Shown here in pieces: positions 1 to 11,341 of a DNA stretch of 64,000 bases (position 1 is its first letter; the number at the start of each line of letters is the position of its first letter). The notes under the pieces are model-generated. The model was not told the DNA's origin, ran no database searches, and saw nothing but the letters and a program-made list of their open reading frames with translations. The stretch is taken from contig JAMWBK010000011.1 of the NCBI GenBank assembly GCA_029953675.1, forward strand, positions 1,116,001 through 1,180,000, read 5' to 3'. A program made the translations under genes and the position numbers. Source of the DNA: Rhodosorus marinus CCMP1338 (lineage: Eukaryota > Plantae > Rhodophyta).

Positions 1-1406
1 CGTAGAAGATTCTGTTGCATCTCCTGGCCGGTTCGGTGCTTCCGCAGCAGCCAAATCTTCCGCTCAACGACTTTTAGGACCGGCGCTAAGCCGGTTGGAA
101 ATCTCAAGTCGACAGTTTCGGCGTTTTTCCTGCTGAGATTCTGTAACATGATGTAACCCTTGTCTCGATTGGCGACAGCGTGCACGGCCAGGTTGGGCGT
201 GTTGGAGTAGGAGTACACGAAGTCGCCCTCGATGCCTTTCAAGAGCTCAAAGTACTTCACCAAAGGCGTCCATTTTTGCTTCCTGTCTTTGCCGCCCTCA
301 GTCAATGCCCACGGATACCTGTTCCAGTGGTTACACCTGCGATCGTTTGGGTCGAGGATCAGAAACGGAATGATCTTGAGGACGCTATCGTGGATTCTTA
401 GCGTGCTCATGAACGCGCTGAAAGCCTCTGAAAGGATAAAAAAGTCGCGACTATTCAGGGGTTTGGCAGATATATAGTGCTCCTTGTTGTACCACCGGGT
501 GTCATAGCCCCCAGATTCTGTAATCATATACTTGAACGGAGCAGATCGGTTGGCGTGGTAGAAGTAGTTCTCCAGAAGGTCCAGGTTGGCGTCTTGAACC
601 GCCCCACCGGTGTTGTAAACATGCTCGGAGAAGAAGCTCAGACATCCTGCTTTCAAAGCGTTGTCGATGAAGTTCTTCGTGCGCACGCGCCAGCGGTCAA
701 AGTCATCCTGATCTGGTCTTGCCGTCGCCGCAGCTGGACCTCCAACCATGAAAAAATTATCTTTCGATGTCACGCTCGCACAGAATCGACCAGTAATCTC
801 GCCAAGTCTCGCTACCACGCTCTCTTGCTTCTCATTGGGGAGCTTGAAGTCCCTAGACCTTGTAAACGGCTCGTTGAAAGTCTCGATGTACTTTGGCGGA
901 GGATACCCTTCCTCCGCGTTGAAAAAGTATTCAAGAAACTTCGGAACCCATTTTGCCGCAGCCTCAATTCGGCTTGGTGGATCATAGAACTTTTCAATCA
1001 CATCGGCCTTGTCGACTGCTACTCGATCAGAGCTAAGAAACCGTTTCTCCAACGGATCGCACAATCTACAGGTTGTCCTTTTAGCAAATAATATCCCGTC
1101 TTCAACTGCAGAATCCATTCGGTTCGGGAAGTTGTCAGACGCGCCGAACGCGCCCTCACCGGCTGACCGACCAAACTGCACCCCCAGGTCATCCATTACG
1201 TATTCCATCATCTCCCGAGCGTTCGCTGGAGAACCGCTATTCCCATGGGCTTGGACAAACCGTGCACGGCTAAAATCCCGCTTTTCGTTCGTGACCAACG
1301 TCGCCCAAAAGTCGACCGTCACCGTCGCCCCCATGGCTCCGGAACTCAGAACCAACACCGCGGTGAGGACACCCACCAGAGCTCCCACACAGTTCCTTGG
1401 TTTCAT
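1..1406 (-). CDS. GH86-like beta-porphyranase/agarase paralog 1 (secreted; 3' end beyond window start; absent from ORF track)
   Basis: Manual translation from ATG at 1406 gives MKPRNCVGALVGVLTAVLVLSSGAMGATVTVDFWATL...KYIETFNEPF...MVGGPAAA...FSEHVYNTGGAVQDANLDLLENY...MITESGG...RYPWAL..., read open to position 1. It is collinear with the three other paralogs and has a signal peptide and both catalytic-Glu motifs. Confidence 0.88.
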   Translation of the reverse strand, partial: MKPRNCVGALVGVLTAVLVLSSGAMGATVTVDFWATLVTNEKRDFSRARFVQAHGNSGSPANAREMMEYVMDDLGVQFGRSAGEGAFGASDNFPNRMDSAVEDGILFAKRTTCRLCDPLEKRFLSSDRVAVDKADVIEKFYDPPSRIEAAAKWVPKFLEYFFNAEEGYPPPKYIETFNEPFTRSRDFKLPNEKQESVVARLGEITGRFCASVTSKDNFFMVGGPAAATARPDQDDFDRWRVRTKNFIDNALKAGCLSFFSEHVYNTGGAVQDANLDLLENYFYHANRSAPFKYMITESGGYDTRWYNKEHYISAKPLNSRDFFILSEAFSAFMSTLRIHDSVLKIIPFLILDPNDRRCNHWNRYPWALTEGGKDRKQKWTPLVKYFELLKGIEGDFVYSYSNTPNLAVHAVANRDKGYIMLQNLSRKNAETVDLRFPTGLAPVLKVVERKIWLLRKHRTGQEMQQNLL

Positions 1407-3184
1407 TTTTTTTTACCACTTCGAAGCCTTCCGAAAACTTCACCCTCGCCAAAGATAAAAAGTCATGCCATCCATTGCTCCAAACCCATAAACCAATCCG
1501 GCCAGCTATGAAAAAAAAAAACACCTCCAAAACTCGAAGAGGAAAAAAATCCCGCAAAAGCTCTTCTACACACGAACCTTGACAGGTCCACCCCCAACCT
1601 CCTATTACCATCCTATCCTTCTGCCTCCTCTCCCCCACCAAACCCGTATCCCCAACTACTCAAATCCATGCATTATATACCCTCACGACCATACCAGATC
1701 CAAACTGCCAAAAATGACATAAACTCATCCACAACCAAACACCAACTCACCACACACCCCCCCTCCCCCAAACCCTCAAGAGGAAAAAGCGCTCCAACCC
1801 CAATCCGCATTAAGCAAACATTTGCTATTCACAATATGAGAGTCAAACACCACTACCCCCGCCCACCCAAACCCCCCTACAATCCCGGCGAACGCTCTAT
1901 GAAACTCAAACCCACATCATTGACAATGTGTTTTTATATGCGACAGACTGGTTATTGGATAGGGAACCTTCCCCAAGACTCTCTCTCCTACTTTGTATAA
2001 AGTGATTCACAGTAGCTCATCACAAACAACATTTGTCGATGTAACTTCAAAATTCTGTCATCTTTTTCCTCTTCTCTCAAGAAGACTCTCGTTTTTAACT
2101 TTGTTTTAAATAATCTGACCATATTATCAAGAGAAACTAAATATGATTCACATTTATTTTGTTTAGTTTAATATTTAATTGGCCTGGGACGAAATGTGGA
2201 GTAAATATTAGTATTTTGCAGTATTTTTAATCTGTAGTATAAAATTAGTTTTGTCCATATGGATATTTTTATTTTATTTCTTGTTTTTCGAGGTGTTGTA
2301 TTTTTGTTAGTTTGTTGGCCGTTGATCGTGGAATTGTTTTTTGGAGATTTGTGGATGGGTCGAGCGGGACGGGGCGTCTAGCTTTCGTGATGGGAAACTC
2401 CCTCAGGGTTTTTTGATTAAATCGGGTTTTTTTGAAGGGTGGAGAAAAGATTGAAAAGGTGGAAAAGATTGAACTGTCTCGGTGATTTTGATTGTTTTAT
2501 TGAAATTATTGGATTTCAATTGAATTTTGGGATCGATTCTGTTAAGCAGGTTTGTCGGTTTTGGAATTAGAAAAGGGTTCGCCCTTGCCCTCTGCTGCTC
2601 CTCGGGTGAGTGTGCCTATGTGGTGGAAGAGAATCGTTACAGAAACATATGTGCAATCTCGTGGTGGACACTATGTTCAGAAATTGAATTGCTAAAAGAG
2701 AAATCTAGTGCTTAATCCTGTACGGATGGATGGGAGTTTCTCAGTTTGCGCCGCTTGTGGAGGTGGATCGATGGGTCAGGGCGTTGAAGCAAATGGGAGC
2801 GCCTATTTCGCGCGGTTGATATTTATCAACAATTTTAGAAGGACCGCGTAAAGGATTTTTTTGGTTTTGAGAGGCCCTTTCATTGTCCGAGCACTGTTCA
2901 TCGACGCAGCGGAGTTCCAATGTCCGTTCTTCCACCTCTCGACGAGCCCTTCAAGGCTAAAACATTGAAAGTCCGCTATTTGTCGCCCGTTTTTTGTTTT
3001 CCACTGGGTTATATAGCTGTCGGTAATGAGGGTTGAGGTTGGGACCGCGGAGGGATTCGTAGGATCCGTACTAGGCTTTGTCCATGTGGTTCGTGTTGAT
3101 GAGGCACCAGAAAACAGTCCTTTCGAAAAGCGATGATTGTTTAGATTAAAAAAAATGGAACGCAAGCTTCTATCTACCCATCCT

Positions 3185-5161
3185 TTAACACTGGTCCTTT
3201 CCTGTGAGTGAATTCAACAGGCAGCAAGAACCTCCCCCGCAGGTGTCTACCTCCAACAAAAAAGTGCTGATGTAACCCCCTGAATCCGGAAACTTGACCC
3301 GCACGACAGGGTTCTTTTGAGATGCGAGAAACTTGAGAGGAACCGATATTTCGTACGTCCCAAAATAGGTCTTGTGGTAGTCCCTCTTGCCGCCGGAAAT
3401 CCTCGGGTCAAAGTTGGAGAATTTCTTTCCGTTAATCCATACATCTGGCTTGTTTTTTAGACTCTCGCGTCGATTTTGAGATATCCGCACTCTCGCAACA
3501 CCCGATCGAGAAGGTAGTCTGGCAAAGGTCGCTCTTATGGCCCTTCCCTTCTCTATTCGATACGGAAAGTTTAATCGTTTTCCCTTGTCAGTGGAAACCC
3601 TCATGACGTACCGCCTGAAACGCCCAATCGATCGCTTCTCGCTCATCTTTTTCTTGAAGATCACTTGCATCACGTACATGGCCTCTGGTCGGAGAAGGAT
3701 GTTCTTTGGCACAGACTTTCTGCCCTTGTTGCTCCAAATAATCTTCCCAGCGCGAGGTATTTCCTGCTTTCGGTCTGCTCGTCCTGGCTTCCTAGCGTTA
3801 AGCCATACCTGCCGGATGATGACCTTCTTCGCTGCTCGTCCTACCCCGTAGGGAAGCCTCAAAGATGTGCGGTGGGTTTTTCTCGGATGTAGGTTCTGCA
3901 TCATGATGAACCCAGACTGGCGATTCGCCACAGCGTGGACTTTGATGTCTGCGTGTGAAGAGTGTGAGAACGCGAACCGACCGCTGACTCCCCTCAACAG
4001 CTGAAAGTACCGAAGGAGAGGAGTCCACCTGATCTTTTTGTTTCCCACTTTTTCGATCAACGACCACGGATATCGGTATTTTTTCGTACTCCGTGGATCA
4101 GTAGGATCCAGGGTCAGGAACGAGACAATCTTCTGAACGTTGTCGTGGACCCTCAGCAGCGACATGAAATTCTTGAAGTTTTCGGCAATGATCAGAAAGT
4201 CTCTGCCCGATCGAGGCGGACTGGCGACGTTCTTTCTCTTGCTGAACCACGTTTTGCTGTAGGAACCCATCTCGGAGACGACGTACTTCATGGGTTGTCT
4301 CTTCTTGTTTCTTCGAGCCGTATACGTCTCCATCAGATCCAAGTTGCCGTCGAGAACACCCCCGCCAGTATCGTAGAGATGTTGAGATACAAAGTCCAGG
4401 CATCCAGCAGACTTCGCTTGGTCAATGAAAAGCCGGACTCGTCGCTTGAAGTGGTTGAAACCCTCGTAGTGAGGCCTCGTGAAGGCTGTTGCTGGGCCGC
4501 CGATGACCATCCCTGGGTTTCTTGCCTTCACGCTTTTGCAGAGCCTTCCACATATCCTGGCAAGTCTCCGGATGACACTGACCTCAGACTCGCGACCACT
4601 CCGCCGGAACTCCCTCCACCTTATAAGGGGTTCGTTCCAGCACTCGTAGAACATGGGCTTTGGTAGTCCCTTCCCCTTGTTGAAGAACAACTCAAAGTAT
4701 CTCGGTGCAAAGCTTATAGCTGCATTGGTTTTCGCCTTACTCTTGTGGAACTCTTTCAGCACGTCGGCCCGATCTGTAGCGATTCGATGCGGATTGATGT
4801 TCTTAGTAAGCAGCGGATTGTATTTCGGATCCTTTGCGTTGATTTTCTTCTGCCCATCGCGCCTCAATCTCGCTAGACTTAGTCGTCGCGGAAAGTTGTT
4901 GGATCCGCTGAATGGTCCCTCATTTGATGATCTACTGAAAGAAACCCCTAGGTCATTGACCATATACCTCATAAATCCCCGTGCATAGATCGGAACGCCA
5001 AAGTTTCCGTGTGCGTTGACAAACTTTCTTCGGTTGAAATCTTTCTTCCCATGTGTCCTCAACGTCGTTGCAAAGTCGACGGTGATCCTCTGCGCACCAG
5101 CATGATGAGAACACGCCAAAATCAGGAGTGCTCCCAGCAGTAAAACAGATCCCAGCTTCAT
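3185..5161 (-). CDS. GH86-like beta-porphyranase/agarase paralog 2 (secreted, catalytic module only, K/R-rich), 658 aa
   Basis: Intronless ORF with a signal peptide. Motifs FYECWNEP, IGGPATAF, FVSQHLYD, NLDLMETY and VVSEMG, plus a C-terminal beta-sandwich, match the layout I recall for bacterial GH86 porphyranase A. Confidence 0.85.
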   Translation of the reverse strand: MKLGSVLLLGALLILACSHHAGAQRITVDFATTLRTHGKKDFNRRKFVNAHGNFGVPIYARGFMRYMVNDLGVSFSRSSNEGPFSGSNNFPRRLSLARLRRDGQKKINAKDPKYNPLLTKNINPHRIATDRADVLKEFHKSKAKTNAAISFAPRYFELFFNKGKGLPKPMFYECWNEPLIRWREFRRSGRESEVSVIRRLARICGRLCKSVKARNPGMVIGGPATAFTRPHYEGFNHFKRRVRLFIDQAKSAGCLDFVSQHLYDTGGGVLDGNLDLMETYTARRNKKRQPMKYVVSEMGSYSKTWFSKRKNVASPPRSGRDFLIIAENFKNFMSLLRVHDNVQKIVSFLTLDPTDPRSTKKYRYPWSLIEKVGNKKIRWTPLLRYFQLLRGVSGRFAFSHSSHADIKVHAVANRQSGFIMMQNLHPRKTHRTSLRLPYGVGRAAKKVIIRQVWLNARKPGRADRKQEIPRAGKIIWSNKGRKSVPKNILLRPEAMYVMQVIFKKKMSEKRSIGRFRRYVMRVSTDKGKRLNFPYRIEKGRAIRATFARLPSRSGVARVRISQNRRESLKNKPDVWINGKKFSNFDPRISGGKRDYHKTYFGTYEISVPLKFLASQKNPVVRVKFPDSGGYISTFLLEVDTCGGGSCCLLNSLTGKDQC

Positions 5162-5758
5162 TTAGGAGAGCTCTGTTCCACCACCGCTACAATTCTGTTC
5201 TGGTTGCTCCTCCCACCAAACCGCTTACGGGTTGCTTCCATTCGGCGGCTCAGTACGTTGAGGCAGAGTTTGATGTTTATATACCTTATCGCGAAGGGGA
5301 TTTGACGCTCCTGCCAACTCTCACATCTTTTTTTTTCGGTTGCTCTTCATTGAACACACCCGAACAACAACGAGAGGGTGTTTCCACACCATTTTCATAC
5401 CGAAAATTGTGACCCAACCACCGCACCACGTCAGCCTCCTCGTCAGCCGACTTTGACATCCTCGCGTCACCACTAAGCAGTCGGGCCAACCCCCAGCCCA
5501 AAAAACACACAGAGGATGACTCAATTCGAGACACAGTTTCTCTACCAAATTTTACTCTAGAGGGAGAACAAAAACATATCCATCGCGATTCCAGAACCCG
5601 TCAGATAATCCAAAAAACGAAGATTTTCAACTCCTGCTCATCCTCCAGGGCAAGTCCCTATCCACTACATGCTTCAGTGTCCATCAACGACCGTAGCACA
5701 GCCTAAAACCCAATTCAAGCGGAGGGAGACACTTTGCTGAAGCTTCGCTAATGAGGTT

Positions 5759-6034
5759 GGAAGGGGGGCTATGCGGAGCGAACATAGCCGCTCTGAGTCT
5801 TGCCGCCCTTAATTAAATCATAAGACACGTTCATACTCGTTGGTCTCAATCACAAAGACCACCCGCCAAAACGCCTCTTCTACGATGGTCGTACTCAAGG
5901 ACGTCTAATTCCACGGGGTAGTTGACCACTATTCGGATTCAGAGCTCAGGGAGGGGTTTGACCGGGGTATATCATTCTGTGGTTCTTTCAACACCCAGAG
6001 GGGCTATATACCGCTTCGCGTAGCCCTCCCTTCC
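5759..6034. repeat. Pair of ~40-bp imperfect inverted repeats (5759-5798 / 5993-6034), each itself a hairpin; MITE-like or structured element
   Basis: Reverse complement of the left arm is ACTCAGAGCGGCTATGTTCGCTCCGCATAGCCCCCCTTCC. The right arm is ACCCAGAGGGGCTATATACCGCTTCGCGTAGCCCTCCCTTCC. Internal stems are GGCTATG/CATAGCC and GGGCTA/TAGCCC. Confidence 0.6.
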
Positions 6035-8439
6035 CCCGCCCGCTCCCTTCCACAAAGCCACCACAGGAAAACGCTCCTGCCGATTGAATTCGTTTCGATT
6101 TCTCATCCGTTGAAACGAGTTCCTTTAAAATTCACAAAATACAAATATAACATTTATCTTTTTTGTAATTATTTCCATGGATTTTGGTCGCGTTGATCAC
6201 GAAAGGATTTATGAAAAAATAAACTCCTGTCGATGGAGTTGGTAATTTTGATTATCGAAATATTTTGCGCATTTTCGAATTGTACAGAAAAATAGGAGTT
6301 GTGGATCCTGTCACGACAGATGGCGATCTGTTTTAGGGTTAGATCGCTCTATATTTTGGGAATTCATGGACTAGATGAGTATTTAAGAAGATTATCGATT
6401 AAATTTAGATGGGGACGGATGTTGTATATTGTTTAGTTGAAACTATTGTCCACATGTGGTAATCTTACAATGTTTTTTGGGGCGGTAGCGGTGCCTAAAA
6501 ACTGTTGCATGTGTATTTTCGGATGAATTGGCGGTACGGAGAGATTGGTGGTTGGTTGGAATGGGGGTTTGGAATGATGTCGGTGGAGAAGCGTAGGGAT
6601 ACAAAGGTTCTGCATAGGGAACATGATGAGATGTGGTAGATGTGAGAGGGAAGGCCATGCGACGCTCCTAGTCAAGCTTTGAATTTGCGCGAGTTATTTT
6701 GAAACGTGTACTGTTAGTTGAAGCGAGTGGAACGGTGGGTGGGAATCGGTGAGCCTCAAAGGAAGGTACCCTGAGGCTCCCGACGACAGTAACGCCGGCG
6801 GCGTAGTGTTCTCGTGGATCACTGCATCATAGACTCGTACATGGAGCTTTGAAACTGCTCAGGGATGTTCTGAATAGGGTTCCATGGCTCAGCCTCGCGG
6901 GGAATGTGAACAGCACCGCGGCTTTCGATGCTTGAATGAGCGTCCACGAACAAATGCCTCCTCGATTCAGTATGCGGAAAAGCTCCTGAATCCACGTAAG
7001 CGCCTCGGTTTTTGATAGATCTTTAGCTGGCGATGCGTTTACTAAGCTGGGCACGTGAAAGGTTGATGGCAAAGTCCATTTGCGGCGAACATATCTGCGC
7101 ACGTTTGCCTAGAAAAGCAGATATAGGCAAATCATCCCCACTGCGATCCGAAGAACGGCTAGCTATGTACGCGGCCATGCTGTTTTTACGGGATTATGGA
7201 CATTGCAAATAACGTTTTCCTGGTTGGAATAGATGCGAATAGGGTTTCAGAGAACCATCAAGACAAACGCGCTTATGGATGTTGGGGTTCCACGTTCAGC
7301 TTGAAGGTCTTTTGTTCTTGCTTCTTGGTCAGATCAAGCAGAAACTATTACGTTGTACGAGATAATAGTCCAAACGCACGGGGGCTGAACAAACCGCAAC
7401 AGACCCCCAACGACACGATTTTAGTATGCACGTCATGTTAAGGACAATGCAACTGGGCGTTCACCAAGAAACTAGCATGTGACCACGCAGACGCGTAATA
7501 CAACCGTCGCAATCGGGAGAGCTGCTTCAGTAGAGCACGTTCAAATCGCCTGCTATATCCGATTTCCTTCCTCAGGATGCAGCCGCTGCGGTTTTCAGTG
7601 ATCCAGAATCAGAAGATAGTAGGGGAGTACTTTACGAGCTGGATCGACTGGGAGCCATGACAGAAGCCACAGGAAGATAGTACGAAGTAGCGACGAGCAC
7701 AATCGGATTCTGAACGGAAGATTGGTGGTTTCAACGTAGTCTTCTCTATTCCCGACGGTGGAGTAGACGTGAGCCGCTTCAACGAGAAGAAATTCCTTCC
7801 CGCTGATCGCGTTTGTCGTGGGTGAGTTCATTGTCAGTATTTTCATCCTCGTCGCGAGGTTGGGTCAAGTGGGTTGGGTTTTTCGGTATTCCCCGCTCTC
7901 ACAAGTGGGAAATGGCAAGGAAGGATGGTTTTCACAATTTAATGGGCAATCTGTCGGGGAATAGGCCATTCCATGGGGTCCGTTCGAACATTTGGAAAGG
8001 TGCGGAGTAAATTTTTTATGGATGTCACGGGTTTTTCGTAGGGAATGTGAAAATACGCTTGGTTTCCAGGGTTTAGGTAGGGAACAATTTGGGAATAAAG
8101 TTTGGTTTCTTGACCTACGCCGAAAACAGACTGCTTTCGCACTTTGATTCTGGGCAGAGCACGAACAAGAGTGGGGGAGCTTGGGCGTTTGCAAAGTGGT
8201 CCGCTGAGAGGATTGGGAAGCAATTCTTCGGGAAGTTGTTAAACAGAGGGCAGGGGTCCACGGAGTATGTGTAGAAAACTTACTTGAGCTCGACTCGGGC
8301 TTGGGAGCATCTCCCAGTTTGTAGATGGCTAAATTTGTTTGCAGGAAGTGGACTGATCGCTATTCTCACAAGAGCATTGGAAGGTCCAGGAGAGTGCGAA
8401 AATGGAAGCGGCTGCTTGCGCACTCAGTGTCAACAAATA

Positions 8440-9398
8440 CGGGGAGTTCCACCTCCTGCTTCGGGAAAATTTTTATATGCTACTGAGCGTGTAGAAACGC
8501 GAAATATTCCCTTCTTTGTGGACCCTTTAGCATGCACAAGTTTCTGGAATTCGTTTCTTCTATGAGAAACCCTTGACGAAAACCACAACTCCTTAGTTTT
8601 TATTTTTGAACTCACACAAGCTGGATCACTTTCGTATCGGAACTCTCTGAAAAACAGAGTTCAGCAGCGTCTTCATTCAATTCAAAAAAAGGCTTTATCG
8701 GGTTGAACCATGGAGCAACGTTTCCTCTTCTGAACTGCCAATCTGTGGCGTGTTCACTTCGTCTCCTTTCAGGACTTCAATCATCTCCTCATCGCCTTCT
8801 GAGCAACTGTCTCTCATTCAGGACTTGCCTTCCTGAATTTCTCGTTCTGGTCCGTTAAAATCGCTCCCTTCCCATGAATGCTCCAACTTCTCGATCCGCG
8901 AGAACTCCTTTCCACAGTTGATCTTCTTGGAAAGTTTCCCGCCCGACTCCTGGATATATTGAAATACTTAACAAAAAGACACGTAAACTTTACGCCCAAT
9001 AGAACAAGCGTCGTGCCCAGATCTACCATTCACAAATCCCTGAAGAAAGAAGAATCCTTATTATTGGTGGTAGTTTATTAATATGCGCATAAAACTAAAC
9101 TAATATTTAAAATAGAAATAAGTTGTTAATATTCGCATAAAACTAAAGTGGTATTAAAAATACTACTTGATACAATTTAATCTTTTTACTTTATCCAATG
9201 AATGATCGCTAGTTCACATGTTAGCCAATCATTCAATTCCACACCCACCGGTGACTGCCAACCAACTGAGCCTTTTTTTGAAGTGCTTGGTAGACTCCGC
9301 ACGATGGAAATGGGTATCGGAGCGATCGGGGAGTTCCACCTCCTGCTTTGGGGAAATTTTTTATATGCTACTGAGCGTGTAGAAACGCGAGATATTCC
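8440..9398 (+). repeat. Dispersed ~71-bp direct repeat (8440-8510 and 9327-9398)
   Basis: The segment cggggagttccacctcctgctt...ttttatatgctactgagcgtgtagaaacgcga(a/g)atattcc occurs twice with few differences. The flanks are unrelated. Confidence 0.85.
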
Positions 9399-10771
9399 GT
9401 GCTTAGACTCTCTGGCGCGGGTGGGGAAAAGATTTCCCAACGCACTATTGGATGCCGGTCTAGGGGTCAAACGCTCGAATGCGAGCTCGGGTTTCCAACA
9501 GCACCTCCTCTGGTCGGGTTCTGATCGTCGTCTGCCTACTCCCAGACCCCGCAACCCAAGTGGGTGATGGTGTGGAAACATTGAACTGATCGTTTCAACC
9601 GTTCGACTAGGAGGTTGGCATAGACGGCGGGAAATGGGCACTCTCAGCCGCTTTTCACGGCCTTGCCGTTGAGTGTGGTACGGGTATAAAGATTTGCGAT
9701 AGGCAAAAGTAGTACATCAAGCACGTGCTTAACGAAATTTTGATAGGTACGCAGCAAAATCCTTGATCATCTGTCTAATGCTTCGTGGGGTCAACAAATG
9801 TTGGTGGCAGTTTGAACCCTGCCTAGCGTTGATAATTGAATATCTTCTGGGTATCATACTTAAGCTGAGAATGTGTCGGACCTTTGCACAGATCCTCATC
9901 GGTGATATAGTCCTAGAACCTGCTTGACGCAACTCTTGGGAATTCGTAGGCTTCACCCATGGCCCAAATGAGCACAGCTCGAAGTCTCTCCGATCCACTT
10001 CTTCCCTCGGCCAAAAATGCGCTCTGCACACGGGGACAGAACAAGCGCAGGATCATTGGCGTAAGTTATGCGTATTATTTCAACAAAAGAAACGCCACAC
10101 ATAGGTCTTCACAAGCAGTGGATACTGATCATGAACTGTGGCTTGTACGTTCTACGGCCGAGGAAAACCCAGACATGTGTGGAAAACGATTCATTATCTG
10201 AAAAGCTGCTTTCTCCGTGTCCCAGTGGATCAACACAATTCATCAGGCGTGGAAAAGGTTTTCTGAGTAGCAGTGCGGCGCGAGATGTACTCATCTTCGC
10301 CAGGCCCAGCTGAACTGTTCTCCAATTTACGTACTGTGTTGCAAAAAAAGATCCTCATCAAACCCTAGTTGAATTACTTGAACGAGGAGAAAACGTCCGC
10401 CGGAATTTGTGCTCTGTAGTTCTGCATTGCACCGAGTAGAACACGGTGTGTTCAACATCATCAAGTGTACGCAACCATGCTTTCTCACGACTGGTCTTCT
10501 ACCCATCAACCACACATTAGCTGCAGCTAACTCTATTCGAGAAGATTTTATTCTAAAGTCAAACACCATCCCATAAACATCCCTGGTTTCCGAAACCAAC
10601 GCCTTTAAGCGCCACACCTTTCTTTACTTAAGGTGAATTGTTTCTCATCTCGCACACACAAAACTTCTCCCCCCCCCCCCCCCCCGGCACACCTGCTCGC
10701 ATCCAAACATGTTTTTCAGTTTAAAGAGCATACTCGGGCCTAAGTGCCGATAGTCTCCGATCAAAACCAAT

Positions 10772-11341
10772 TCATTCAACTGCCGTTACATTGCCACGGA
10801 AAATCTGCGCACGTTTTTCTTCTGAACTATTGGAACACAATTTGCAAAGAGTTTTCTGCCGTATTTTAAATCGTAGGACATCTCTCCTCTGAGCTCCTAA
10901 AGGTAGTACAGATTGTGCCTTCAATAGTTCACATTTTGGTGACGTGAGCCTTAGCTAGCATTGAACATGAAAATTTTTGCCGTGAGCCCAGTTTTCAGTG
11001 GGTGTAAACGTAATCCTGAACCGGTGAGAACTCATGGCGTGAACTGGAAAACACTTGTTCGTTGTGGGATTGAGCACGATGTTGTCGAGACCAATACGGT
11101 CGATGGCGTTGGCAACGTACGGGATGGAACTTGACACGAGTTCGGTTCTGGCTTCCTGACCGGTGGGTTCCTCGTTTGGACGCACTAGTTTTAGGAGCTG
11201 GCTTCCCTCGGTATGACGTTTGCGATTCCGCGTTGGGGTCGCGACAACATATCTGACGGGCTCTTGGCGATATTCACTAAGGAGCGAGAACCTTGCCCTT
11301 GGCGTGGTAGTTGGAAACAGACGCCAAGTGCCGCGTTTCAT
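10772..11341 (-). pseudogene. Possible decayed ORF of unknown family
   Basis: The 128-aa ORF 10955-11341 continues in the same frame for 60 more codons past a single TAG, to TGA at 10772. No recognisable motif. Confidence 0.25.

Noticed and set aside
180-1458. Plus-strand ORFs 180-1458 in the ORF track
   Set aside because: Antisense shadows of GH86-like paralog 1.
2803-3165. Minus-strand ORF with a P/T/S-rich stretch just after the paralog 2 stop, a possible lost linker/CBM tail
   Set aside because: Out of frame with paralog 2, no splice route is evident, and there is no CBM signature.
5648-6020. RNase MRP/P RNA-like motifs (GGGCAAGTCCCT ... ACCCAGAGGGGCTA, potential 7-bp P4)
   Set aside because: No convincing P1/P2/P3 or GARAR loop was found, and the 3' motif is better explained as part of the inverted repeat arm. 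An Infernal search would settle it.
10669-10685. C17 homopolymer (also G runs near 13075 and 35256)
   Set aside because: Simple homopolymers with no further structure; lengths are unreliable.
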